From an uncultured Trueperaceae bacterium (GTDB lineage Bacteria > Deinococcota > Deinococci > Deinococcales > Trueperaceae): 64,000 nucleotides of DNA. The notes below the pieces were generated by a model, which did not search any database, had not been told where the DNA came from, and worked only from the letters and a program-made list of their open reading frames with translations. Where the stretch lies: positions 96,001 through 160,000 of the forward strand of contig CAWCXJ010000006.1 of assembly GCA_963799485.1 (NCBI GenBank). Reading direction: 5' to 3'. Below are positions 49,314-59,070 of this stretch, piece by piece (positions within the stretch are counted from its first letter, which is position 1; every line of letters starts with the position of its first letter). A program made the translations under genes and the position numbers.

Positions 49314-50294
49314 ATGATCACGACAAGTTCAGGGCGGAGCGCTTCAAGCCGTATTGTCGGCTTTTTAGCCGCGCCCGCCGTAAGTCCACTTATCGCGCTG
49401 ATTATCGCGGTCGTCATTTTTTCAACGCAGTCCGACCGCTTTTTGACGGGCCGGAACTTTTCCTTGATCGTTCAACAAGTGATGGTCGTCGGCACCCTCG
49501 CTATCGGTCAAACGCTGATTATTTTAACCGCCGGAATCGACCTTTCCAACGGCCTTATCAGCGCGCTCGGCGGCGTCGTGATGACCAAAATCGCCGTTGT
49601 CAACGGTATCAATCCGGTGCTGGCGATTCTCGTCGGGATTTTGGTGTGTACCATCTTCGGCGCGCTGAACGGCCTGCTGATTACTCGCCTCAGGTTGCCG
49701 CCGTTTATCGTTACGCTGGGCACACTCAACATCGCCTTCGCGCTCGTGCGTATCTATTCGACCCAGACGATTACCGGCCTCTCACCGGTACAAACGGCGC
49801 TCGGCAAAACCTTTTTGGTCGGCGGCACCGCCATCTCTTACGGCTCGGTTCTGGTCTTTCTCCTCTACCTGGTGGTCTGGTATATGCTGCAAAGCACCGC
49901 TTTCGGAAGGCATATCTACGCCGTCGGCGACGACCCCGAAGCGGCGCGGCTGACGGGCATTCCGGTCAACCGGGTGTTGATGGCGGTCTATACACTGGCA
50001 GGCGCGACCTACGGGATTGCGGCGCTGATGCTGATCGCCCGTACCGGCGTCGGCGACCCGCAGGCGGGGCAAGACGCGAACTTGGAGAGTATTACCGCCG
50101 TCGTTTTGGGTGGGACGAGTCTTTTCGGCGGACGCGGCAACATCATGGGAACACTGCTCGGAGTCTTGATTGTCGGCGTGTTTCGCAACGGTTTGCAGCT
50201 GACCGGCGTCCCGTCAATCTATCAGGTACTGATCACCGGGATTTTGGTTATTCTGGCGGTTGCCGTCGATCAACTCTCGAGGAGGAGTTCATGA
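49314..50294 (+). CDS. Sugar ABC permease (RbsC/FrcC-like)
   Basis: GIDLS, PPFIVTLG, GRHIYAVG...EAARLTG and AVVLGGTSLFGG motifs. Confidence 0.93.
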   Translation: MITTSSGRSASSRIVGFLAAPAVSPLIALIIAVVIFSTQSDRFLTGRNFSLIVQQVMVVGTLAIGQTLIILTAGIDLSNGLISALGGVVMTKIAVVNGINPVLAILVGILVCTIFGALNGLLITRLRLPPFIVTLGTLNIAFALVRIYSTQTITGLSPVQTALGKTFLVGGTAISYGSVLVFLLYLVVWYMLQSTAFGRHIYAVGDDPEAARLTGIPVNRVLMAVYTLAGATYGIAALMLIARTGVGDPQAGQDANLESITAVVLGGTSLFGGRGNIMGTLLGVLIVGVFRNGLQLTGVPSIYQVLITGILVILAVAVDQLSRRSS

Positions 50295-51121
50295 GCCAAC
50301 AAGTCAGCGTTACCTCAGCAAAACCCCCGTTGGGGGTCACCGACAGGGTGAGTCAAACGCCGATTTTAGAGGCCAAGGGACTCGTCAAACACTACGGTCA
50401 CGTCGTCGCCATCGACGGAGCCGACTTCGACCTCTTTCCCGGCGAGATTTTAGCCGTCATCGGCGATAACGGCGCGGGCAAATCGACGCTCATCAAGGCG
50501 CTTTCCGGCGCAGTCATCCCCGACAAGGGCAAGATTTTTTTGAACGGTGAAGAGGTTCACCTCCGCAGCCCTTTAGACGCGCGGCATTACGGTATCGAAA
50601 CGGTGCACCAGTCGCTCGCCGTCGCGCCCGCACTCAATATCGTCGACAACATGTTCATGGGGCGCGAAATCCGCAAACCCGGCGTTTTGGGTTCGGTCTT
50701 CCGGATGCTCGACAAGAAAAAGATGCTCGCCGACGCGACCCTTTACATGCAAGACCTCAAGTTCCGTATCCAGTCGATGCAGCAGCCGGTCGAAACGCTC
50801 TCGGGTGGGCAGCGCCAGGGGGTCGCCGTCGCCCGCGCCGCCGCCTTCGCCCGCAACGTGATTATCTTAGACGAGCCCACCGCCGCGTTGGGCGTTAAAG
50901 AATCGGGAATGGTGCTAGAACTTATCCGCAAGGTGCGCGACCGTGGGTTGCCGGTTATCTTAATCAGCCACAACATGCCGCACGTTTTTGAAATCGCCGA
51001 CCGGATTCACGTCCACCGGATGGGCAAACGCGCCGCCATCGTGCGGCCCCAAGATTACAGTATGTCGGACGTCGTAGCGATCATGACGGGCGCGCTCGAG
51101 GTCGAAAAGCAGGACAACTAG
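50291..51121 (+). CDS. Sugar ABC ATP-binding protein (FrcA-like)
   Basis: [25 protein letters not shown] and ISHN motifs; ATGA overlap and GGAGGAG RBS. Confidence 0.93.
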   Translation: MSQQVSVTSAKPPLGVTDRVSQTPILEAKGLVKHYGHVVAIDGADFDLFPGEILAVIGDNGAGKSTLIKALSGAVIPDKGKIFLNGEEVHLRSPLDARHYGIETVHQSLAVAPALNIVDNMFMGREIRKPGVLGSVFRMLDKKKMLADATLYMQDLKFRIQSMQQPVETLSGGQRQGVAVARAAAFARNVIILDEPTAALGVKESGMVLELIRKVRDRGLPVILISHNMPHVFEIADRIHVHRMGKRAAIVRPQDYSMSDVVAIMTGALEVEKQDN

Positions 51122-51136
51122 CGGCGTAAAAGGCAG

Positions 51137-51180
51137 CAACTACAACCCACCGGCGTAGTCAAGGCGGCGGGCTGTAGTTG
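51137..51180. terminator. Probable terminator hairpin between convergent genes
   Basis: CAACTACAACCC ... GGGCTGTAGTTG (12 bp, one mismatch). Confidence 0.5.
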
Positions 51181-51249
51181 TTCGGGCTCGAGCTGCAAAG
51201 CTTTGATTGTCTTTGCTAGAACCCCGCTTTAGTACATCTTTTACGTTCT

Positions 51250-51711
51250 CTACAGATGAAGGTTGATACCCGCCCGCAAGAACAAAAGCCCGGTTTCGGT
51301 CGTCAGGTTGTAACGCGGCTGCACCTCGGCGAATACGCTGATGAGGCTGCCCGCGTCGAGGTCCAAGCCGGCAGTTCCAGAGGCGTAGAGCGATTCGGCT
51401 CCGGCGGCGCTGGCGTAGCCGCCCCCGGCACCGACGTAAAAGACGGTATTCTCGCCGGTCGTGTAGAGCAGGTCGCCGCCGACCTGATAGTCAAGGGGCG
51501 AGGCCGGTTTGAACTCGAGCCCACCCCGAACACCGAACTTGCCCCACAGGTCATACGTTCCCAGCGTAAACCCCAAGTAAGAGCTGACCGAGGTCTCGTC
51601 AACTTGCGACGCAACGGGAAAACCGATAAAAACCCGGGCCTGGGCTGTATTCCAGAAAGCTGTGCTCCAGAACAGTCCGGCTAGTAGCCATAAAGTGTAA
51701 CCACGCTTCAT
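51250..51711 (-). CDS. Small outer-membrane beta-barrel-like protein
   Basis: Signal peptide (AQA); alternating strands YVGAGGGY, VFAEVQPRY and RAGINLHL; AGGAG RBS. Confidence 0.7.
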   Translation of the reverse strand: MKRGYTLWLLAGLFWSTAFWNTAQARVFIGFPVASQVDETSVSSYLGFTLGTYDLWGKFGVRGGLEFKPASPLDYQVGGDLLYTTGENTVFYVGAGGGYASAAGAESLYASGTAGLDLDAGSLISVFAEVQPRYNLTTETGLLFLRAGINLHL

Positions 51712-51878
51712 AATCGTCTCCTGGTAGGGTGCTAGAGTTACCCGACTAAACACACCTCGCAACGTAGCACACGACAACTCGCACCTTGACGTTTTTACGC
51801 TTGACAGGGCATTTTTGTGCACTTTTGTCGCAAGCATGAAGCTAACTCGCCCCCTCGAGGTTTAGGCTTGAAAGCAAG

Positions 51879-52049
51879 ATGGATACCCTACTTACCGCCT
51901 TACTATTTTCCCTCTACCTGAGTGTGCCGGCAGCTATCTTTGCGCTCTTTGTGCGAGGACGCAAGCGGCGTCTGGCGTTCGGCGGCGCGGTGGCGCTCGC
52001 GCTTATCGGTGCGCTGGGAGCGATTCTGGTACGCACCTTACCGGGATAA
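51879..52049 (+). CDS. Small two-TM membrane protein (56 aa, not in the ORF track)
   Basis: MDTLLTALLFSLYLSVPAAIFALFVRGRKRRLAFGGAVALALIGALGAILVRTLPG. Confidence 0.7.
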   Translation: MDTLLTALLFSLYLSVPAAIFALFVRGRKRRLAFGGAVALALIGALGAILVRTLPG

Positions 52050-52051
52050 AC

Positions 52052-52225
52052 ATGAACGATCACAATCTCGCCCGCTCCGCCTGCCGCATCTTCGGGCACC
52101 GGTGGGAAAACGTCAAGTACCGAGCCTTCCGCGCCGCCGACCCGCTGCGCGGCGCACGCACCCTCACCATTCAGCGGCAACGGGTATGCTCGCGGTGCGG
52201 CGAAGTCGAGGTCGTCAAACGCTGA
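52052..52225 (+). CDS. Small CHCC zinc-finger protein (DUF1660-like, 57 aa, not in the ORF track)
   Basis: CRIFGHRW ... VCSRCG; starts 2 nt after the upstream stop. Confidence 0.7.
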   Translation: MNDHNLARSACRIFGHRWENVKYRAFRAADPLRGARTLTIQRQRVCSRCGEVEVVKR

Positions 52226-52323
52226 CCTGCTACCACGGTGGCAATTTCAAAACACCGGCTCGACTACCGACTCGGTTTTCAAAGCCGAGCCGACACGCAA
52301 AACTAGGAGCTTTAGAGGTATTT

Positions 52324-52923
52324 GTGTTCGACTGGATTCAACAAACGATGACGACGCTCGGGTATCCGGGCGTCGCCCTGCTGATGTTTTTAGAAAACGT
52401 CTTTCCGCCGATTCCCAGCGAGCTGATCATGCCGCTCGCCGGGTTTAGCGCTGCCAGCGGCGACCTCTCGTTTATCGGCGTGGTGATTGCGGGAGCAGTC
52501 GGGTCGCTTTTAGGGCAATTACCGCTCTACTACCTGGGCCGCTGGGCTCACGAAGACAGGCTCGTCGCGTGGGCCGACCGTTACGGCAAATGGCTTACGC
52601 TTTCAGGTAAAGACATCAAAAAAGCCGACGACTGGTTCGACCGGCACGGACACAAAGCGGTATTTTTGGCCCGCCTGGTACCGGGACTGCGTTCGCTCAT
52701 CTCCATTCCTGCCGGGATGAGCGAGATGCCGCTTACGACCTTTTGGCTCTACTCGGCGCTCGGCACCACCTTGTGGGTGCTGCTGTTGACGGCCTTGGGC
52801 GGGCTTTTAGGGCAAAACTACCAGCTCGTCGATACCTACCTCGGGCCGGTCTCGCTCGTCGTGCTCGGGGGGCTGTCGGTCTTTGCGGTTGTCTGGATTT
52901 TACGGCGCAGGGCGCAGCGGTAA
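52324..52923 (+). CDS. DedA family membrane protein
   Basis: LENVFPPIPSELIMPLAG and ARLVPGLRSLISIPAG motifs; start placed at GTG 52324. Confidence 0.93.
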   Translation: MFDWIQQTMTTLGYPGVALLMFLENVFPPIPSELIMPLAGFSAASGDLSFIGVVIAGAVGSLLGQLPLYYLGRWAHEDRLVAWADRYGKWLTLSGKDIKKADDWFDRHGHKAVFLARLVPGLRSLISIPAGMSEMPLTTFWLYSALGTTLWVLLLTALGGLLGQNYQLVDTYLGPVSLVVLGGLSVFAVVWILRRRAQR

Positions 52924-52957
52924 GTCAGGGGCACACTCCCAGTGTTACCGCGCCGCA

Positions 52958-54685
52958 TCACCGTAGAAGGTAGACGCGCGCCTCGTAAGGCTCGAGCATA
53001 AACGACCCGCTAGCCGCCGCCTCGTCTACGGCGTAGTTGCCGATGACAACTTCGGCATTTTCGTAAGCTACCGTCGGCGGCAGCGCGAACTTGGGAGTAT
53101 GACCGCTGAAGTTGGTCACGACCAGCAGCCGCTCGTCCCCCAGTGTCCGGAGGTAAGCGTAAATCTCGGGGTGTTCGGCCAAAATCAGCGTGTAGCTGCC
53201 GTGTACGATGACCGGCAGCTCGTGGCGGAGTTGAATCAGCCGCTGATAATAGTAAAAGACCGAATCCGGGTCGGCTAACGCCGCTGCGACGTTGATCTCT
53301 TTGTAGTTGGGGTTGAGCTTAAGCCACGGCGTTCCGGTCGTAAATCCGGCGTTTTCGCTGCTGTCCCACTGCACCGGCGTCCGGGCGTTGTCGCGGCTTT
53401 TGGCGTAGATCATGTTCATAACCGTTTCGGGTTCCAGCCCCCGGCGCTCGACAAACTCACGGTACATGTTGCGCGTTTCGATGTCGCGGTAGTCGTCAAT
53501 AGACCCGAAGGTGACGTTGGTCATGCCGATCTCTTCACCCTGATAGATGTACGGCGTGCCTTTGAGCAGATGCAAAAATGTCGCCAGCATCTTTGCTGCT
53601 TGTATGCGGTAGGGGCCGTCGTCGGCAAAACGCGAGAGCGCACGGGGCTGATCGTGATTGCTCAGGTAGAGGCTGTTCCACCCGCCCGCCTCGAGTTCTG
53701 TTTGCCAGCGGCTCATCGACCGCTTCAGCGCGCGCAAATCCAGCGCCGTAAAATCCCACTTGCCCAGACCTGTACCGGGTTTGGTATCCAAATCGACGTG
53801 TTCGAACTGAAAGAGCATGTTGAGCTGCCCGGTCTCCTCGTGGGTGATGTCTAACGCATGTTCGACGGTCGCGCCGGGCATCTCGCCAACCGTGAGGATG
53901 TCGTAATGAGAGAGCACCTGTTCTTTCATCTCGGTCAAGAATTCCGGCAACCGTGGCCCGTGCATCACCAGCGCGCCGGGGGGTTGGAACAAGCTGTTGC
54001 TGATGATCGGCGCGTCGGGGAGGCCGGACGCTTTGGAGATGAGGTTGATGACGTCCATCCGGAAACCGTCGATGCCTTTGTCTAGCCACCACCGCATCAT
54101 CTCGTAGATTTCGTTACGGACAGCCGGATTCTCCCAGTTGAGGTCGGGTTGCTTGGGTGAAAACAGGTGCAGGTAGTACTCGTCCGTGGTTTCGTCGTAT
54201 TCCCACGCCGAACCGCCGAAAAACGATTCCCAGTTGTTCGGCGGGCCGCCGTTTTTGCCAGGACGCCAGATGTACCAGTCGCGTTTGGGGTTGTCTCTGG
54301 ATTTGCGCGATTCGGTGAACCACGGGTGTTCGTCGGAGGTGTGGTTGACTACCAAATCCATCAGCAGTTTGATGCCGCGTTCGTGCAACCCGGCGAGCAG
54401 CTCTTCCCAATCTTTGAGCGTCCCGAATTCGTCGGCAATCGCCCTATAGTCGCTGATGTCGTAGCCGTTGTCGTCGTTGGGGCTTTTGTACACCGGGGAA
54501 AGCCAAAGGGCGGTAATACCGAGCTTTTGCAAGTAGTCGAGTTTCTGGGTAATCCCGCGCAAATCGCCGATGCCGTCGCCGTTTGAATCCTTAAAGCTGC
54601 GCGGGTAAATCTGATAGACGACGCCTTCTTTCCACCACAGCTTTCGGGCCGTCGGGGGCTGTATCCCTTTTTCGGTTTGCGTCAT
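52958..54685 (-). CDS. GH13 oligo-1,6-glucosidase/alpha-glucosidase
   Basis: YQIYPRSF.DSNGDGIGDL, DLVVNH, GFRMDVIN, VGE, NHDQPR and SRDNARTP motifs. Confidence 0.95.
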   Translation of the reverse strand: MTQTEKGIQPPTARKLWWKEGVVYQIYPRSFKDSNGDGIGDLRGITQKLDYLQKLGITALWLSPVYKSPNDDNGYDISDYRAIADEFGTLKDWEELLAGLHERGIKLLMDLVVNHTSDEHPWFTESRKSRDNPKRDWYIWRPGKNGGPPNNWESFFGGSAWEYDETTDEYYLHLFSPKQPDLNWENPAVRNEIYEMMRWWLDKGIDGFRMDVINLISKASGLPDAPIISNSLFQPPGALVMHGPRLPEFLTEMKEQVLSHYDILTVGEMPGATVEHALDITHEETGQLNMLFQFEHVDLDTKPGTGLGKWDFTALDLRALKRSMSRWQTELEAGGWNSLYLSNHDQPRALSRFADDGPYRIQAAKMLATFLHLLKGTPYIYQGEEIGMTNVTFGSIDDYRDIETRNMYREFVERRGLEPETVMNMIYAKSRDNARTPVQWDSSENAGFTTGTPWLKLNPNYKEINVAAALADPDSVFYYYQRLIQLRHELPVIVHGSYTLILAEHPEIYAYLRTLGDERLLVVTNFSGHTPKFALPPTVAYENAEVVIGNYAVDEAAASGSFMLEPYEARVYLLR

Positions 54686-54818
54686 AACTAAGCCTACCCC
54701 ATAAGAATTTTTTAGCGTCGATTTTTTGATGTTAGCCGTTCGGAGCATGGCAGGGCAAAGGGTTTGCAAACCGCAGCCGTGTCGTCACGCACCGCCTACT
54801 TCGTTGGGAGTTGGAAAG

Positions 54819-55505
54819 TCAACCGGGCTGCCGCAGCGAGAAGCTTTGAAGCTGCCCGGAATAGGGCGTAACCCGCGCGCCTTGCTGCAACAAAAGCAGC
54901 CCGGAAGCGTCGACCCCGGCCCCGACGCCTTGCTCGAGCCCTCCTGCCGAGAGTAGCTCGAGGCGTTCCCCCAAGAGCAGGTCGAAAGGTGCGTAGGCTT
55001 CGCCCAAGTTAAACGTTTTATCTTCCAGATGAGCCAATCCGCGCCCCAGGCCTTCTAACACAACCATCTGCGCGCCTTGCACGTCCCACCCGCGTAACCC
55101 CACCGCGCCGTCCGGTACCTCGTTATTGACGTTTAAGCCGACGCCGATTAAAAGGTGTCCCTGCACCTGTTCGACCAGCAGCCCTGCCAGTTTTTTGCCT
55201 CGGTAAAAGAGGTCGTTAGGCCACTTGAGCCCAGCCTTTACGCCGTAAGTCGGCAGCACCTCGGCAAGACCGAGCGCGAATACCAGCGCCGCGTAGGGGG
55301 GTGCAGCCTCGAAACGCACGGCGAGGGTTTGGTAGCTGCCGCCCCGCCCCGCCGACCAGTCGCGTGTCCGTCGTCCCCGCCCCGCCGTCTGACACGCCGC
55401 CTGCACCACCAGCCCGTGAACGTCTTCACCCACTGTTAAACGCCGCCGCATCTCGTCTTGCGTCGAGGGCAGAGTATCGAACGAGACAAGCTTGTAGGGA
55501 ATCAT
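54819..55505 (-). CDS. birA: Biotin--protein ligase (no N-terminal HTH)
   Basis: STQ, QTAGRGR, KWPND, KLAG.L.E and G.GLNV motifs. Confidence 0.92.
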   Translation of the reverse strand: MIPYKLVSFDTLPSTQDEMRRRLTVGEDVHGLVVQAACQTAGRGRRTRDWSAGRGGSYQTLAVRFEAAPPYAALVFALGLAEVLPTYGVKAGLKWPNDLFYRGKKLAGLLVEQVQGHLLIGVGLNVNNEVPDGAVGLRGWDVQGAQMVVLEGLGRGLAHLEDKTFNLGEAYAPFDLLLGERLELLSAGGLEQGVGAGVDASGLLLLQQGARVTPYSGQLQSFSLRQPG

Positions 55506-58500
55506 GTGACGAATGCGCCTTCAGCTTCACGGCGAATGCTAAAGACCCGGCTGACGCCCCCTTGCGTCGTGACGCCCCACAACGACGAGGCGACCTCCAT
55601 CGTCGCTTTTTGGTGGGTAATCAGCACAAACTGTGTGCCCCGCTGCGAAAGTTCGCCTAAAAAAGCGCAGAAGCGGCGGATATTGGCCTCGTCCAAGGGC
55701 GCGTCTACCTCATCCAAGATAGCGAGCGGCAAGCCCGAGGTCGGGTTTTCCGGTGTCTCCCCCGAAGTCATCAGCGCAAACAAAAAGGCGAGCGCGCCCA
55801 TCGTTCTTTCGCCGACCGACAAGAGCGAAAGCGCCCGCGTCTGCTTCGTCGGGGGTTGCAAACCGAGTTTGAGCCCTGCCGGACGGCCCTCTTCCCAGAC
55901 AAGTTCGGCGCTCGCCTGTGCGCCTGCGCCGAAAAGCCTCTCGGCGTACCCGGCAAAACCTTTTGCCAGCGCTTCCGTCCCGCTCACCAGCCGAACCCGC
56001 ACGGCGTCGTCCAGGTCGCTCAAGACTTTGGAGAGTTCGGCGGCGGCGTTTTGCGCGTCGCTCATCTGCTTTAGGAGGTCGTCCAGCCGCGCCTGCTGCG
56101 CAGCGTACTCCTGAGCGGCGCGGTGATTGACGGGGCCGAGGGTCGCTAGTTCGGCGTCTACTTCGCCGAGGCGGTCGCGTAAAGCCTTGAGGCCGCTTGG
56201 TAGCGCCGCCACGCCAGCCGGAAAGCCCCGGTGTTCGCTCTCGGCAAGTTCAAACGCGGCCTCGCGGCGTGCCAGCGTGAGATTCAAGGTTTCCAGTTCA
56301 CCTGCGAGCGCGGCCTGCTGACGGGTGAGCGTCTCCAGCAGCGCGTCCGCGTCCGCTTCGGCCCGCTGCGCGGTTTCATATTGCACTTGTTCGGGCGCGT
56401 TTTCGGTGGGCAAGGCGGCTTCGGCAGTTTGGAGCGTGGCCGCAGCCACGTCTCGAGCGGTCACTGCTTCGGCTATCCCTGCCTCCAGTGTACCCAACTG
56501 TGTGCGGAGCGCCGTAAAACGCGTCTGCGCTTCGGCGAAACGCCGCTCGGCGGCGCCAAAGGCGCGCCTTCGTTCGCGCCACAGGGCCAGCGCGCCGTGC
56601 GCCGCCGCGACCTGCGCCCGCGCGTCGCCAAGTAAACCCTGCAACCTTTCCTCCTCGGTTCGTACCGTCTCGAGGGCTGTTTGCAGGGGGGGCAGGTGGG
56701 GGCCGTCCGGTTCGGGGGGAGCCTCGAGCGTCTCCAACGCACCCCGAAGCCCCGCCGCGCGCCGGGTCAACTCAGCCTCAAGTGAAGCGCTCGCCGCCGC
56801 CCTTTCACGGGCCGTCGCCAGCGCTTTGGCGGCAGCTTGCTGCCGAGACTGCGCCGTAGCGAACACCTCACGCTGCGCCTTGACCTCGGTTTGCCGGGCT
56901 GTCAGCGTTTGCGTCAGCGTGTCGGCGAGCATCTGGGCGGTTTCCGCGTCCTGCTCGGCGCGCCTTAGGTCGGCGGCGGCCCCCAGCAGCAACCCGGCAG
57001 CTCCCGCGCGGCCCCCGGAGATTGCGCCGTAAGCCTCGAGCACATCCCCCGTCAGCGTCACAAACCGGGGCCGGGTACGGTGCTTTTTAGCAAGTGATAC
57101 GGCGTCGGGTAGCGTCGTCACGAGCGCCGTCCCGCTTAAAAGCCCCTGCACGAGCCCCCGAAAGCGCGCGTCGCTCCCCGTTACATCACTTGCCAGCGCG
57201 ATTATGCTCTCCTCGGCGGCGAGCGCGGGCGGCAACGCCTGAATACGGTTTTGCATGAGGTCGAGCGGCAAGAGCGTTACCCAGCCTCCGGCTTGCCGGA
57301 CATGCGCCAAAACCTGCTGGGCCGCTGCTGACGACTCGACGACGACGTGTTCGGCGCGCCGACCCAGCGCGCCACCGACCGCCTGCGCGTACTCGGGCGG
57401 CACCGTAATCAGGTCGGCGACCGAACCGATAACCCCGGCGATCCCTGAAGTCAAGGCGCTTTTCGGTCCCTGCGCGTAACCGCGCCGCGCCTCGAACGCC
57501 GCGCGCTGCCGTAAAAGCGCCTGCGTTCGCGCCTGCGCGTCGGCAAAGGCGGCGGCGTGCTCACGCTGGACGGCTACGAGCATTTCTTGAAGGGTCTCGA
57601 GGCCCTCCCGCAACGCTGCCAACGCACCGTCCGCCTCGGCAAAAGTCGTTTCCGCGCCGTAAGTATCGGCCTGGGTCAGGGTTCGCTTTTGTGTTTCGAC
57701 CTCGGCAAGCTGTGCGAGGAGTCCCTCCCGGTTTGCCGTATAGCGGGCTCGAGCCTGGGCCGCTTCAGCGTCGGCGCGCCTTGCGGCCTCGAGCCTCTGA
57801 CCTGCCGCGACGACTTCAGCGCGCACTTTGCTCAGGCGACGCTGAAGCTCGGTCTCTCGTTCCTGCGCCACAGACAAGGTTTCTGCGTGAACGGCTTCAG
57901 TTCCCTCTAAAGGTTCGGGCGGGGTCAGCGCCGCCAGCACGTGGAGCTCTTCAGCGACCCTCGCCCGGTCACGTTGCACCCCTGCCAGTTGACCCTCTGC
58001 TCCCCGGAGCTTTTCAGCCGCGACGCGCACATCACCCCGGCGCGCCTCCGCGTCGGTCATAAACTGCCGGTAGCGGCCCTCGGCCCGGGTGAGGTTGTCT
58101 TTGATAACGCGGCGAGCCTCTTGCGCGTCGGCGAGCGCTTCGCGGCCCTCGAGGAGGTGCGCCCCCAACCCTGCCCCCTTCTCACGTAGCCCCGCCAGCT
58201 CCGCGCTGAGCCCTTCGACCCGCCGCAGTGAGAGCGTAAACCGGAGCCGGAGTTGCTCACGGGTCAGCGCCCCGGCACGTTCGGCTTCGGCGGCCTCGAG
58301 CGCAAGCGCTTCGGCCCGTTCACGCAGTGTCCCGCAGAGGTCGTCCAAGCGGGTGAGGTGGGTTTGGGCTTGCTCGAGGCTCCCGAGCGTCGCCTCGCGC
58401 CGCGACGCGAGCTTCGCCACGCCGACGCTCTCCGCCACATACGCGAGCAATTTCGGCGGGTCGGCCATCAAGACACTGCTGACCTCGCCCTGTCCGATGA

Positions 58501-58897
58501 CCGCCAGGCCGCCGCGCCCGAGGCCGGTACCGGAGAGTTCATCCTCCAGATCCAAAAACCGCGCCGGGCGCCCGCCGACTTTGAGTTTGCTCTCGCCGTC
58601 GCTTGTCAGGGTGCGCGCCACGTTGATATGGCGGCCTTCGTGCTCGAGACCCAAAGTCACCTCGGCAAACCCCAGACTGCGTTTGCCCGCCGAACCGTGA
58701 AAGATGAGTTCGCGTTTGTCCGAGGCCCGGAATTCACCGGCTCGGCCTCCGCTCGAGGCCCACCGGAGCGCGTCGATCAGGTTCGACTTGCCCGAACCGT
58801 TCGGCCCGACAATCGCCGTTACCGGGTCGGTAAACTCGACGGTCGTTTTGTCGGCAAAGCTCTTAAAACCCTGGAGCGTGAGGGAAACGAGGCGCAC
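55502..58897 (-). CDS. smc: Chromosome partition protein SMC
   Basis: GFKSF, GPNGSGKSN, IGQG, coiled coils, hinge (G.IGSV.DL, VTL.GD...GAI.GG), LGPVN, LDEVDAPLDEAN and ITH. Confidence 0.95.
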   Translation of the reverse strand: MRLVSLTLQGFKSFADKTTVEFTDPVTAIVGPNGSGKSNLIDALRWASSGGRAGEFRASDKRELIFHGSAGKRSLGFAEVTLGLEHEGRHINVARTLTSDGESKLKVGGRPARFLDLEDELSGTGLGRGGLAVIGQGEVSSVLMADPPKLLAYVAESVGVAKLASRREATLGSLEQAQTHLTRLDDLCGTLRERAEALALEAAEAERAGALTREQLRLRFTLSLRRVEGLSAELAGLREKGAGLGAHLLEGREALADAQEARRVIKDNLTRAEGRYRQFMTDAEARRGDVRVAAEKLRGAEGQLAGVQRDRARVAEELHVLAALTPPEPLEGTEAVHAETLSVAQERETELQRRLSKVRAEVVAAGQRLEAARRADAEAAQARARYTANREGLLAQLAEVETQKRTLTQADTYGAETTFAEADGALAALREGLETLQEMLVAVQREHAAAFADAQARTQALLRQRAAFEARRGYAQGPKSALTSGIAGVIGSVADLITVPPEYAQAVGGALGRRAEHVVVESSAAAQQVLAHVRQAGGWVTLLPLDLMQNRIQALPPALAAEESIIALASDVTGSDARFRGLVQGLLSGTALVTTLPDAVSLAKKHRTRPRFVTLTGDVLEAYGAISGGRAGAAGLLLGAAADLRRAEQDAETAQMLADTLTQTLTARQTEVKAQREVFATAQSRQQAAAKALATARERAAASASLEAELTRRAAGLRGALETLEAPPEPDGPHLPPLQTALETVRTEEERLQGLLGDARAQVAAAHGALALWRERRRAFGAAERRFAEAQTRFTALRTQLGTLEAGIAEAVTARDVAAATLQTAEAALPTENAPEQVQYETAQRAEADADALLETLTRQQAALAGELETLNLTLARREAAFELAESEHRGFPAGVAALPSGLKALRDRLGEVDAELATLGPVNHRAAQEYAAQQARLDDLLKQMSDAQNAAAELSKVLSDLDDAVRVRLVSGTEALAKGFAGYAERLFGAGAQASAELVWEEGRPAGLKLGLQPPTKQTRALSLLSVGERTMGALAFLFALMTSGETPENPTSGLPLAILDEVDAPLDEANIRRFCAFLGELSQRGTQFVLITHQKATMEVASSLWGVTTQGGVSRVFSIRREAEGAFVT

Positions 58898-59070
58898 AGG
58901 GGTGAGTCTACCAAGCTTGAAGCGAGAAGGCGCTCAGGCCAGGGCGAGCAGGACAACGCAACCTTTAGAGGCTATCGTCACCGAGCATTCTGATAACGTG
59001 GCGAGCAAACCGGTCTTTGACTTCACGGTGTCTGGGGATAGGCTGCGACATCTTTGTACGCGGATTTATG

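Noticed and set aside
49217..50290. 634-aa fused ABC ATPase
   Set aside because: The N-terminal part is an off-frame overlap of the permease; the true start is ATG 50291.
51922..52323. Long N-terminal extension of DedA
   Set aside because: The region is better explained by two small genes in another frame; DedA similarity starts at 52324.
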